From positions 979,376 through 1,043,375 of the forward strand of contig CAJFCJ010000014.1 in the NCBI GenBank assembly GCA_904063045.1: a stretch of 64,000 nucleotides of DNA, given 5' to 3'. Positions 52,701 to 64,000 of this stretch are shown in pieces. Origin of the DNA: Dimorphilus gyrociliatus. Taxonomy: Eukaryota > Animalia > Annelida. Under the pieces are notes generated by a model. It did not search any database and was not told the DNA's origin. It saw nothing but the letters and a program-made list of their open reading frames with translations. The position numbers were made by a program, and so were the translations under genes. Position 1 is the stretch's first letter. Every line of letters begins with the position of its first letter.

Positions 52701-53867
52701 TTTTTTAAGAAAAAAAAGGGCATAGTTACGAATAAGTAAGAAAAACATGAAAAGGAAAAATCCCTTACCTCCTAGGGGGAATCGTCATAAACCAATTGGC
52801 GTCGTCGGCCGAAGAGTCGGTTTCGGAACGAACGCCGTCGAACTCTTTGTAATGACCGAACGATGAATTCATTTCATGATCCTCGTTTTTTATTGAACAA
52901 GCAGGGCACGAAGTAAAAGATACAAACGAAAGGGTCCGTAGCCTCAGCACAGTTCGTATAAAAGAATAATCATAAAAGAAACTAAAACTCTCACTCTCTA
53001 TATCGCTCCCGCGACTTGCGGCGAAAACTACTGCAATAGGCCAACTGCAACGGCGCCGTTGACCAATTGAGTTTGGTTGAGGCGCCCTCTGGCGGAACAC
53101 GTCGCCAATAAAGAAACACGTCGAGTAAAGAGAGCCGCTCGGTGCCCCTCTGTACACAAGCTGGGCAGAGAATCGGGGCGTTCGGCATCGCTGGTTCGCG
53201 TCCAATTAAGCCTAGAATCCATTAGAAGCCGTCGCCACCGACGGAAGTTGGACGAAGATGGATTTCGAAAGGGGGATTTGCATATTATAGAGTAGTGTTT
53301 TATTTTTTTTCCCGTACATGTGTGCGCATTGATCATAGGCATCTGGTGGCTGGGAATTGATCTATAAAAACTACTAAACTTGGTAAATGGGCCCTAAAAT
53401 ATTCTCCTCTCGTATAATTAAAAGAAAAGTCCGACAGAAGGTGAAAGAGAAGGCTGGGGCGTCTTGGCAATCTAGAGAGCAATGATGCCTCTCCTCCTCT
53501 TGGGAATTCCTTTCGTAGGCCGCGACTGCAAGCATGCATGTTTGATCGGCACCAATCTAAACTGTTGATTCTCAACTGCATCACGTTTCTCTTTCGTACG
53601 CGTTTATTAGATTTGCATGCAAACTTTTTTCCTTCTCTTTCCCTTTTTTTTTACTTCTTACTAGGCCTACATATTTTTGACGATCAATATATTAAGTAAC
53701 AGAGTAACCGTAGTATATAGTTGTATATAAATATATGGATCGATCCGAAAAAAAGCCCGGCTTTATTTTATCCATTAGGTATTATATAGTAGTATATTAA
53801 TGGTATCTACGTTAAAAAGTAGGCTTTCGTACAGTAAATATATATATAAATACTTTTATCTATACAT

Positions 53868-53917
<50 letters not shown>

Positions 53918-55049
53918 AGGTGATATCGTGAGAATATAAAGAAAGTCTAATTAAATCAATTATAGGTAAATAATAAGTTGTTTTTTAAAAATAAGTATAC
54001 GTATGTTTGAATTCCACCTATAAATCGATTAGTTCATGGTGCAAAGTTTATAATTAGTGGAGAATTGAGACTTATGAATATTAATTTCGTTTGTTTAAGC
54101 CGCTTGTTTAACAAAGCCGCACGTGCAGTATGCATAGTTTTTCCCTTCCAATGCAGTTGGTAAATAGAATTTTTTCGCACTGCAATGGAACTATGGAAAT
54201 AATGAAAAAAACAAAAGAAAACTAAAGGGATAAGTTGAAATGAGAATGAGAGGGCTAAGGGGCGGGGGTTAAGGGTTGGTATTTTTTTTATGTTTGTAAT
54301 AGGTGGGAGAAGGGGTGAAGGGTGGACGATGATGTAATAGTATACATATTGCAGAATTGGAAACGTAAAGGGGGGCTCTTTGCAAATGTTCATTTGCATA
54401 ATGGCATAAGTCAATTCGATCGCCCCGGTTTAGCGGAATTTGTGGAACGCCTTTTTTCTCGAAATATTCAAATAGAGACTTCAAAGCCACTTGCCACACG
54501 GCTCCCTTAATTGAAAAAACGAACATCACGTGCCCAACAGAACGAGGATGGGGCTACCATATTAAAAGGGAAAGGGTAGGAAGTTTGATATTTTCATCGA
54601 AGCCGAAGGGCTTCTGAAACTGGGTTTTAGAATGGTTCAACCGGAAAATCGTCTATTGAATAGCCACCTTTAAAGCACCCTACCACCACTTTAATTACTT
54701 AATTAGGAACTTAAAATACCCACCTGGCGAAGAACGATGCAGCGGCAACAGCTGACGAAGAACCGCTACTTGAAGTAGGTGATAAAGGACGGTCGTAGTT
54801 GGAGTTTAAGGCAAGCATGTTAGGCCGAACCGGCTGCGGTAGCCTTGAAGAATTATTGGCTAAGGCTTGTTGTTGTTGCTGGACAGTAGAGGAACGATGA
54901 AGAAGAAGCGGAAGAAGTAAAAAAAGGACAGATTATTCATCATTATTTTAATATGTTTACAAATTATTGAATAGGCATTCGATTAGCTGTCGACACCTGT
55001 CATTCGCCTTCGATTTGCCTCTGTTCTTTTTTATGTTTGATTTTTTCTT

Positions 55050-55099
<50 letters not shown>

Positions 55100-58000
55100 T
55101 CTTTCATTCTTACTCTGCTAGTATTCCCTCGCCGAAAAGCTCTATATCTACCTAACCTTCCTACACCCCTACACATATATATTTCTCTATCCCTTCACAC
55201 TCAATTAGTGTCATCACCAAAATGATGCGATTAAGTCATCGAAGCGCAAACAACGCGTCCTTCTCGGATTTCAAAAGTTCTAACGGCGTTAATCCGCAGT
55301 CAACAATACAGTTTCCGACTGATTTGCATACATAAATAACGAATTCGTTCCTAATTGAGCAATCATCGATCTTCTATACTTCTTCGTAATTAAAACGCTC
55401 TTTTCTCATGCTATCCGACAATATTCTAATATTGACTCTCAGACGGTCTTTGACGATATTTAGTAATCTGCTGTTTGTTTAACGGGATTAGATCGGATTA
55501 AATTACCCTAGTATTCATAATATCGCAGCGTCCCCTCCCCCCCACTACCCTCTTTTTCCCTGTATTTCTACAAGGTATTTACTTAATACTATTTCCTTAA
55601 TAATAATAAATAATAAACACAGCCAACCCTACAAAATATATGCGACCACCACCAACAGATTATATTGTGTAATTAATTAAAAGTAAGAGAAGCAAAGAGG
55701 CGTCGAAGCGTAAAGAACGCTTTAACGGCGTCAAAAAAAAGTTGACGAATGACGCCGGACGATCGTTCAACCGGAAACAATGCCCTAGAGACAATCGGTG
55801 ACGGGGCGTTCCTCGCGCTAATTGCTCAACATATAAAGTAATAGAATAAAATAAATAAGTTTAAATTGAATTAATATATCCAATAAGTGGTATATTAATT
55901 AAAGTAATAATAAATTAAATAGATTAATTAAGTACATACTTGCATTTTCTTTGACGCCCAAGCGTATTTTTGTTGAAGTTCATGATTGGAAGACTTAAGG
56001 GAATGATACCTTGATGATCTGTTTTAAAGAAATTTAAATGATTAAACAAAAGAAACTTTTAATAAATAAGGAAATAAAGAAAAAAAAACCGTTTGAAATT
56101 CTATTCTAATCAACCTATGTAATTACATACGTAGTTTGTTTATGAATTTTTCGCTTGATTAATTCTATAAAGAATTGCCTGTCTAATTACTAAACATTCG
56201 TTCGAAGTAGTAATACAAAGACTATTACAATCGTTCATTGTTCTCTTCCCTTTTACAAAATTCTTTTTTTTCTCTTTTTTTTCTTCTTCTTCTTTCTATA
56301 TACAGTATACATAATATACATCTATTTGAACGGTGTTCATCTATTATATATAGGCCTATGTAAATATCTAGACGAAAGAAAGAAAAGTGCAATCTCTAAT
56401 AGAATAACACGGGTCTGAATAAGAATAATATTTGTCTATTTCTTTTACGACACTAGTTTTTACGTCCTACGTCAATATTTTAATAGTTTATTATATATTA
56501 TTTCTAGACCTATACATACTACCGCAAGAAGGGAAAAGAGAAAACCGCAAAAATGAGACAAGCTTATATCCACTCATATAGATCCGATCGACTGAAGAAG
56601 AGAGAAATAAAAAAAAACTATAGGAAAAAAGAACTTATTCGACGGTTGGGGGCGTAAAAGAGTTAATATATATATATATACTATATGAGACACAATGTAC
56701 CAATATTATTTATATATATATCGTTATGATGTATATTTATATAGTTGGTTGTATAGGCTACATACAATTATATATATATACAGTATATATAAATACAAAT
56801 GATTATAAACAAACTTATTCATTTATGTATACATTGCATAAGTATGTATACGATTCCTCTCTCATTCACTCTCAATCTCTCGTTATCCTATACACTACAA
56901 ACCTAAAACTACAAAGGCCTATACATAATTGATACGGGTTAATTAATCGCGTGATAAACGTTAATAACGGCGACATTCTTGGTGGCACTAGAAAAATTTA
57001 CATATATTCCTCATTCCACCGCCCTGACGATGATTATTCGTATTACAGTCGCGTTTTCGCCCGTCAAACGCAATGTTGCTTTTTTCCTTTCCGCTTTCTT
57101 TCCATCTCAATTCCCTTCCTTACCCGAAATGGACCCTTCCTCCTCTCTATTACTATCTAACTCATTCTCATTCCTTTCGTATCGCATTCTCTTTCTCTCT
57201 TTTTTTTTTCTTTATCAATCCTATTTTTGAGTTTTATTTCTTTTTTTAGTCTATTAGCTTGACGATCGAATTTGCCAAACCTAGGCCTATTTAGAGAGTC
57301 ATAAATAGAATAACGTGTCCGCTTTTAGGCGATCGATAACGACTACGTTCAAATTGCACGTGCTACGGTTTAAGCCGCTATTAAAAACGCGTTAAAGCGG
57401 GCGTTAAAGAATTGAGATATAGAGAGATTACTATTTCAAACGATAGAGGGGAAGAGTTGAACAATAAGTAATTAAAAAGAAAAAAGTAACATAAATTCAG
57501 GGTATTACTATGCTAATATATTAGAAAACAGCGTAAAAAGGCGGCCGATTGATAAACGAGCGCGACTATCAGTCCGAATCTAAGTAGTAGCTTATCGGTA
57601 GACGGCGAAGGAAGGCCGAAGGGACGCCTTTATGCATGATGCATAACGCCATTTCGGGCGCGGACGACCGGAACCACGCCGGGCGTTTCTCTTTTCTTCT
57701 ACTTGTTTTTTTTATTACCCTTTTAATCATACAATTTTCAATTATTTTTACACGCTCTTATTTGTTTTTTCCTCTTCTCTTCCCCCTCCCACTCTCCCCC
57801 TTTCTTCCTTTCTTCCTTATTTAAAAGTGAAAGGTAAGAAGTTTGAGAAAAAAAACAAAATTAAACTTAAAACAGTCTTAGAAAGGGAATGACTAAGAAG
57901 AATAAATAGATATTTTGAGGAAGTGGTGGGAGGAAAGGGGGAGCCAGGGGAGAGGCGATCCCCTTTCTTTCTTTCTTTCTTTCTATCATAGTATTTTTTT

Positions 58001-60955
58001 CAAATAAACAAAATTTATAAATGTAAATTTGAAAAATAATCGAAAAAAAACGGCAAAGAAAACGAGGGCGGTCTAGTTTCTATTTGCATAGTTTTAATAT
58101 AAGAATACGTCCAAATCTCGGTATTCTTTAGCCTATAATAGTAAAGTAAAAAAAAGAAGGGGGAAGGTTAGCAAAATGTAAACATTACCGCTTGTTATTC
58201 GGGCCTAGCGCATTTTCTCACGAAATGGAAATTGTTCAACGCAGCCCCGCCTTATTACGTCACTTCTAGGATTATACAGGAACCCGAATTCGACGTTTCA
58301 TACGTGCAACGCATTTTCGCAGCGTGCAGTTGAAAGGTCAGCGGGTAAAGTGGCTGATTAGATAAGGAATGCATCTATATAATATACTTGTAACATGTAT
58401 ACCTCTTAAGACAGGATTTTCTTTTGGGTTTATACTTCTACTAAAAGTTAACGAAGTATTTTCGGTTCTTTTAACATAAAATCTCTGGTTGAGAATGCAA
58501 ATGAGGAAGACAAAAGCCAGCAGACTATGAGAATTAAGTAAATGAAAGGGCGTCTATTTTGAACGTCAACTTCCGTCTTATCCGATTGCTGTCGAGCTGG
58601 CGCGTTTTTTTCCACAATGGGTTAAGGAAGCGAGAACGCCCGATACGGTCACGTGATTTTTCCACTGGCCAATAGTCGCCGTGTGTCAAAGGTCGCATTA
58701 GTGAGAGTATCAATGAATGACTTGTTTACAACAAATCTACATAGGCGCTAATCTAACTAATAAAGTAGGATAGGAATTGCTTTATAGTGTTTACGCTATT
58801 CCGTTTCTTAATTAGAACACGGGCTCATTAGCGTACGAACTGCACGAAAAGATGTACGATGAGCATGTGTTTCGGCCAACAGCCTAACATATGGAGCCGG
58901 TTTAGAAACCGTTGCGAATAAAGTTTGAAGGGTACTTGAAACAGGATGACGTCACCAGATGCCGTACGGTTATATGACCGTAGTAATAAACTTTTTTTTG
59001 ACGGTTTAACGGCTGGGTATTGGGGATTATCGTATTGAAGTCGCCGCCCCTGCTAAGTCGAAGAGGCGTCAGTCGATAGTCATTCAGAGTCATACGACTG
59101 TTTTTACGATAGGCAATAGATTGATGGGACGATTTAATTAAGCGGGACAAAAAGTCGGTATGATTCATCGATTGTATCGGGCTCGCCACTTTGTTTGTAT
59201 AATGTTTACCAGGCGCAGTATACGTAGCGTCAAGAAGAAGACGCCCGTCGCAATCGCTTATGTCTACAATAACATTCTTCGCGTCAATTTCCTTTGAGCG
59301 TGCGACGTCTCTATAGCTATGCCTTTTTTTTTACACGTCTCCCTCAATTATTCATCGACCGTCTCTTCTTAATATCTTACATAACTCTTAATTAAAGTCT
59401 CGGTCTGGCTAAAAGTGCCATATTTCTCCCAAAACCCTTTACTTTAATGGCACCGTATGGCAATTCTATTGCTTTTATTACATTTTGGAAATTAAAAAAA
59501 TAACAACATGAAGGCCTCAGATGAACTTTTTTACACCCAATATTTTCTGACTCCCTTAACCCACTTGTACCCCCAGCCCGAGAAGCGACGCCATCTGGTG
59601 CGTAATGCATATTCTTATCTTACGCCTGGCTCCCCCTAGTTATTACGGATGAGTGTGGGTATTTTATTGGGTGACATCTGCCGTTCTTTCACAGATAGGG
59701 CGTAAAGTAACGCCCATTTCCAGATTTCACTTGCGTAATCGGAGAAGGACAGCGGAAGCTAATTGAACGATTGTTTGAACTCAATCGGCCGAACAAACGA
59801 GATAAACGGATTATGTCGGAAAATTCGCCGCACACGTAATTAAAGGAGCGTTTCCCCTACTTGTCTAAGCAGAAAATGAGAAAAAAGCGTCACGTAGAAC
59901 TGAATATCGTAAGCAGATCAAAAGCCTATTTGCCTAATCATACGAATGTCACCTGAGGCGTGAGAATGCGTTGTTCCAACCCTCCAACGTACATACTATA
60001 TGGAATAACTAGAAATATCTATACACTGGAAGTATACACTCTCTACATATAGTTTGTAGTATACACATACTAGCAGTCTCTTCCAATTAGGGACGAGTAG
60101 CCATTAGCCTGTAGAAGAAAGCCCTTATGCAACTACTAAATTCATCCGACTTAATGCAATTTGTAAAGGAAACGCTGAATGAATCATTCTTTTCGCTAAC
60201 ACACTTATTTACGCCTATTTTTTTAAAATCCAATTAGGATAGAGACGGTAAGGAAAAAACAGAATTTATATTTATATATATAAATAGAATCATACATTCG
60301 ATGATCCGAAACTATAGCTGATTATTGGACATTAATTATTCAAACTAATTACACTTAACGGCGGGAGGTGGTGCGAACAAGAGCGTTAGAAAGGAGACAA
60401 AATATCGATAAACGAATTATTACAGGTGAACGAGAATAGCCGGCAGAGAGTAAATGTACCAGATGTAATAAATCAAAAGCAATTAAACAGTAATAGATAT
60501 TCAACTCTGCCGTTTCTAACCCGATAGAAACTAGGGCCCTGATTCTACTAAACAACGTTGAAATTCCGCCTTGAGATAATATTATTCTACGCCCCAGGAA
60601 CATTTCCGAAGCGTCCATTACGGACTAGGCTTTCCTTTTTTTTTTTTTAGACGATACAAAATATTATTACTTTTAATGCTCTATTAAGACTTAGATCTAT
60701 ATGAATAAATTAAGATGCTTACCTTGCGTGAGGTGTTGTTCGAGGCATTTGCGTAGGCCTACCAATTCCACCAGGTCTGTACACTGGAATACCACTGACG
60801 GATGGTGGTGGTGTGTCGACGCGGTCGACTGTTTGAACCATGTTGTCTATCACTTGCCTCCTGAGGCGTCTAAAAGACGAGTGGCAAGACGGACATTTCT
60901 TCTCATCAACTTCCGGCGTTAGATAAAGTTGGAGTTGCTCTTTCACTTGTTTTCC
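43711..60955 (-). CDS. KIF26: Kinesin-11 family KIF26/vab-8-like protein; at least 8 exons, about 1245 aa recovered, first exon further upstream and unresolved
   Basis: Exons 60955-60723 ([16 protein letters not shown]), 59097-58992, 54878-54724 (ends AAASFFAR), 50217-50043 (AAQKL...[10 protein letters not shown]...GSGK), 47712-47412 (VRVMLRIC...FSFDAIF...[15 protein letters not shown]), 46727-46269 (KTYSMIG...[12 protein letters not shown]), 46180-45879 ([10 protein letters not shown]...[19 protein letters not shown]) and 45717-43711 (Ser/Pro tail, [16 protein letters not shown]). Phases are consistent (3738 nt). The 59097-58992 exon is inferred from phase fit only. Confidence 0.92.
52769..52872 (-). 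CDS. KIF26: Putative alternative first coding exon of KIF26 ([35 protein letters not shown])
   Basis: ATG at 52872 and a strong donor AG|gtaagg in phase 2, matching the phase-2 acceptor of exon 50217; lies just downstream of a GC-rich promoter-like block (52950-53250). Confidence 0.55.
53872..53914. repeat. (TA)n microsatellite in KIF26 intron
   Basis: Direct reading. Confidence 0.9.
55054..55095. repeat. (TC)21 microsatellite in KIF26 intron
   Basis: Direct reading. Confidence 0.9.
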
Positions 60956-63900
60956 CTGTCGAACAAAAAATCAAATATAAGAACGATTTCAACCGAATTT
61001 CGCATTACGATTGAATAGGCGCTAGTTAACCGCAATCAACGTTCCATTAGCGAGCGAGCGTCGATGAGAAGTTACCCAACAACTAACGCCCAGAGACGTC
61101 CGGCTTAACTCCGTTGGACGTCTAAAATTGCTTAAGCTTCTACTAGATTTTTTAACAAACGTATAAGGGCGTCAAACTGGTCACCATAGCTACGGGATTT
61201 CGGATTACGGCGGGAGGCGCTTTTTGGGGCCATAAAACTATTGGGGGACGTATAAAATTATATACTGTGTAAGCTTAGCTCACGTACTGGAAAAATATTC
61301 AGAGGGAAAGGGGCGGGGGTTATAGGGGAGGGAGCCAAGAGAAAAAACACAGTAAATCGACATTACATAGAGTTGATTAGCATAAAATAGAATTCCGACG
61401 ACGCCATCGTCTATCTTCCATCAATCATTTGGCGCCACGATGAACGAGAAAACAATGTAAATGTTCTTTTTTTTTTGTCGTCTCGTCGCTGACGGCTGTA
61501 TATACGAAATTCTAATATTTCCACCCCTTCAATTTTCCCCTTTTCTCTCTTTTTTTTGTTTTCCCCAACCTCATATATTTCAACGTACTACAATCAATTT
61601 TTATATATTTACTATTCTCGACTATTTGTTTTTATATTGCGTAATCCGACAGGTTAAAAGGCATTAAACGTAGCGAAAGTTTGTTTACTAAAGCGACGGA
61701 GTAGAAAACGACTTTTCAGGTTGTGGGAGGAGTTTGCCAAAAGCTGTTGGACCTCGTCTTTAAACAATTTCTGTTTAATTTAGGGAAAGCTAAGAAAAAA
61801 CAAGAGTATAAATCTCGCGTGTTCGCCCTTCGCTAATGAAGGGATAACCTAGTAACGATCGAGTGTCTTTGTACTCGTTCATTCCTTTCTTTCTCTCTTT
61901 CTCTCTCTCTCTCGCTCTCTCTCTCTCGTTCTGGCTCGTTCCCTCTCTTGCTTACTGTATCTCTCATTTGCTCTCTATCTTCTCTCTAATTGTAATTTTT
62001 TTCCTCCTTCTTTCACTCATTCTCTCATTTCATTTCCTAACAAGTTGCGGAGCATGCGGTGCACTCCTCGAAAAACAAAGATCGGCTCGTTGGCAATTAC
62101 GTAATCCGCAATGTGGGATATGCTCTTCCTTCCTTTTGCCTTAACTAGCTGCATTTATCTATCAACGAGACACGTTCCATAGAACGGGCGGGCACGGTTT
62201 ATCTAAAAATACCGCCCTTCCCCACCTCCCCTTGGCCCCCGAATGACACCCGACGATTTTAATGCAGAAATAGCAGGGGTCTCAAACAGAACGTATAGTC
62301 GGAATAAACGACGCCGTGTCGAATAACTAATTCGGTTTACCTTTATGCAGGTGTCGTAGCCTGCATACCCCACTTTAAATACATATATACATGTATACAT
62401 TGTACACAGCATAAAAACTGCATGAACCGTATAAAGCCTATATGCATAAAATTCTACTGTTTTTACGATTTGTCAGTTCATTTACATAATAATAAACTTT
62501 ATGGCAGCGTCAGCTTTTTAGTCAATCGACGGGTCAGACTCTGGCAACTGATAAAGATTTATTCAGCCGTATGAGTTCCGATCGTCTAATCTGCCTATCG
62601 AGACGCCTCTCTATTCGCAGGAGGCGTTGAAACAAAAGTGACGCTCGCCCTCACACCATCTGCCATAGAGAAAGCGAACAGTGTGATATCAGGGCAAAAG
62701 AGTACTTGCTATAAAAAAATACTGAAGCTTGAGAGTGTGTGTGTGTCTGTATGTGTGTGAGGAGCGAAAGAGTAATAGAGGAGAAGGGAAGAGATCCTGT
62801 GAGAAAAATCTCCACACCATGCGCATTTTTTTACCTACCGCCGCAACCCAAAAACTTCAAACGAATATCGAATATCCAAACAAACGTTCAAGTGCCTTAT
62901 CGTGACCGCTATCGGCGCTAATTAGAACTTGTATAGGCCTTTCTTCTTTTCAAAATATAATATATCCGATTATAAACTTTTGTCAGAAGCAAAAGAAGAA
63001 AATTATCGTAGAGAGATGTATGAATAACTTGAAGAATACTTCTTTACGATTGAATAAAGAAGAGAGCACCCGTAGTTTAACTTCTTTTCATAAATAGATA
63101 AATTTCCTTAATATATGACGATATACAAACGAAGGAAGAAGAATCAGATTATAATGATAATATTGAGGAGAGGACGTAGTTGAGATTGAGCACCGTGGAA
63201 GGAAGAAGAGTACGTGTAGGGTAAGATTATAGGTACAATCCAGTAAAAATAATTCGTCCCTTGGTGTATAAATAGTTAAATGACGATAGAAAAAATCTTT
63301 GTCCTTTCGCTCGCCGCGCCGAATCCTTTTCATCTGCCAAAACGCGTATACAGTCGGAAATTTTTCACCTGCGCGCCGTCTAGTGGTGGGTTCCGATACT
63401 ATTGCCGGTTATTTTACTTAATTAAGACGATTTAGGAACGCAACGACGAATTGTATAGTAACAGAAGGGTAGGTGGTTGATTGCCTTCTGCTGAGGAAAT
63501 TCGACGCTCCGTAACCTTCTAGTTTGCCCTCGTAACTGTTGTAGGGCGTTGAAGACTTTTAAAAAGCGTTCCTTTTTCGCTAAACGCTCATGCACCTGCT
63601 TAGCGTACACTTTCTATTTATTCTTCGATCGGGCGAAAATATATTTATATATATATACATGTAAAAAAAGCGTTACGGGTCGATATAGGAAGAAGCCGGC
63701 TCTATTGTTATTCGCTAATGGACGCCTCTCTCCGAACGTCAGCCGTTCAAGCGTAACGGCGTTTCCAACTAATCCGTTCTGTCTACAATTTTTCTACTAT
63801 TTACCTTACAACGTTACCCAGGTAACGTTGTTCAAGAGCGAAAAATAACACGACGTCACAAAGCTTTGAAGAAGTTTTATAATGAGGCACCCCACGAAAA

Positions 63901-64000
63901 TTTTTTTCCTTTCTTTTTCTTCTGTTTTCATCCCCTTGTCGCTCTCTAGCTCGCTCACTCACTCTCGCCCTCTCCCTTTCTCTTTCTATGTATTTATATA

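Noticed and set aside
54269-54529. Protein-like ORFs on both strands ([15 protein letters not shown]... and [13 protein letters not shown]...)
   Set aside because: As a KIF26 cassette the required phase-2 frame hits TGA quickly; no start or splice support on the plus strand; more likely regulatory (contains an octamer and an E-box).
61956-62412. Candidate first exons of KIF26 (MRDT|gtaagc at 61967-61956; ...GYDTCIK|gtaaac near 62341)
   Set aside because: Both give the needed phase 0, but nothing in the sequence discriminates them or excludes an exon beyond the window, so neither is reported as a feature.
1-64000. tRNA, rRNA, snoRNA, conserved miRNA hairpins, CRISPR arrays, transposase or RT genes
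   Set aside because: Only partial seed-like matches were seen (e.g. TGGAAGAC at about 55988, TGGAATGT at about 19108) without full mature sequence or hairpin; no cloverleaf, repeat-spacer array, TIR pair or TE ORF was seen by eye. Infernal/Rfam and RepeatModeler would be decisive.

Overview
AT-rich, gene-dense eukaryotic (metazoan) DNA with many 40-100 nt GT-AG introns, (AG)n/(TA)n microsatellites and one 402-N gap. The style suggests a compact lophotrochozoan genome such as the annelid Dimorphilus; this is an inference and was not checked. Gene models were built by hand from splice sites and exon phases. In order along the window: a divergent Lhx2/9 (apterous) LIM-homeobox gene (-); a KCNE/MinK-like single-pass membrane ORF (+, runs into the gap); an RMDN2/3-like TPR protein (-) with a candidate 5-exon secreted-protein gene nested antisense in its first intron; four dispersed GCHFR/GFRP (GTP cyclohydrolase I feedback regulator) paralogs (+), one frameshifted, flanking a gene for a >1000-aa disordered protein; an SLC24/NCKX exchanger (-); a CARD + coiled-coil + CHORD-like Zn-finger protein (+); an unknown secreted protein (+); SIRT2 (-) head-to-head with a RAD51D-like gene whose Walker A is degenerate (+); and a >17 kb KIF26/vab-8 kinesin gene (-) with an alternative first exon and motif-rich introns. 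Best leads: the GFRP paralog expansion with divergent ligand sites, the CARD-CC-CHORD-like adaptor, the invertebrate KCNE-like subunit, the nested gene, and an over-represented TAGGCCTA palindrome. No tRNA, rRNA, CRISPR array or recognisable transposon was found.
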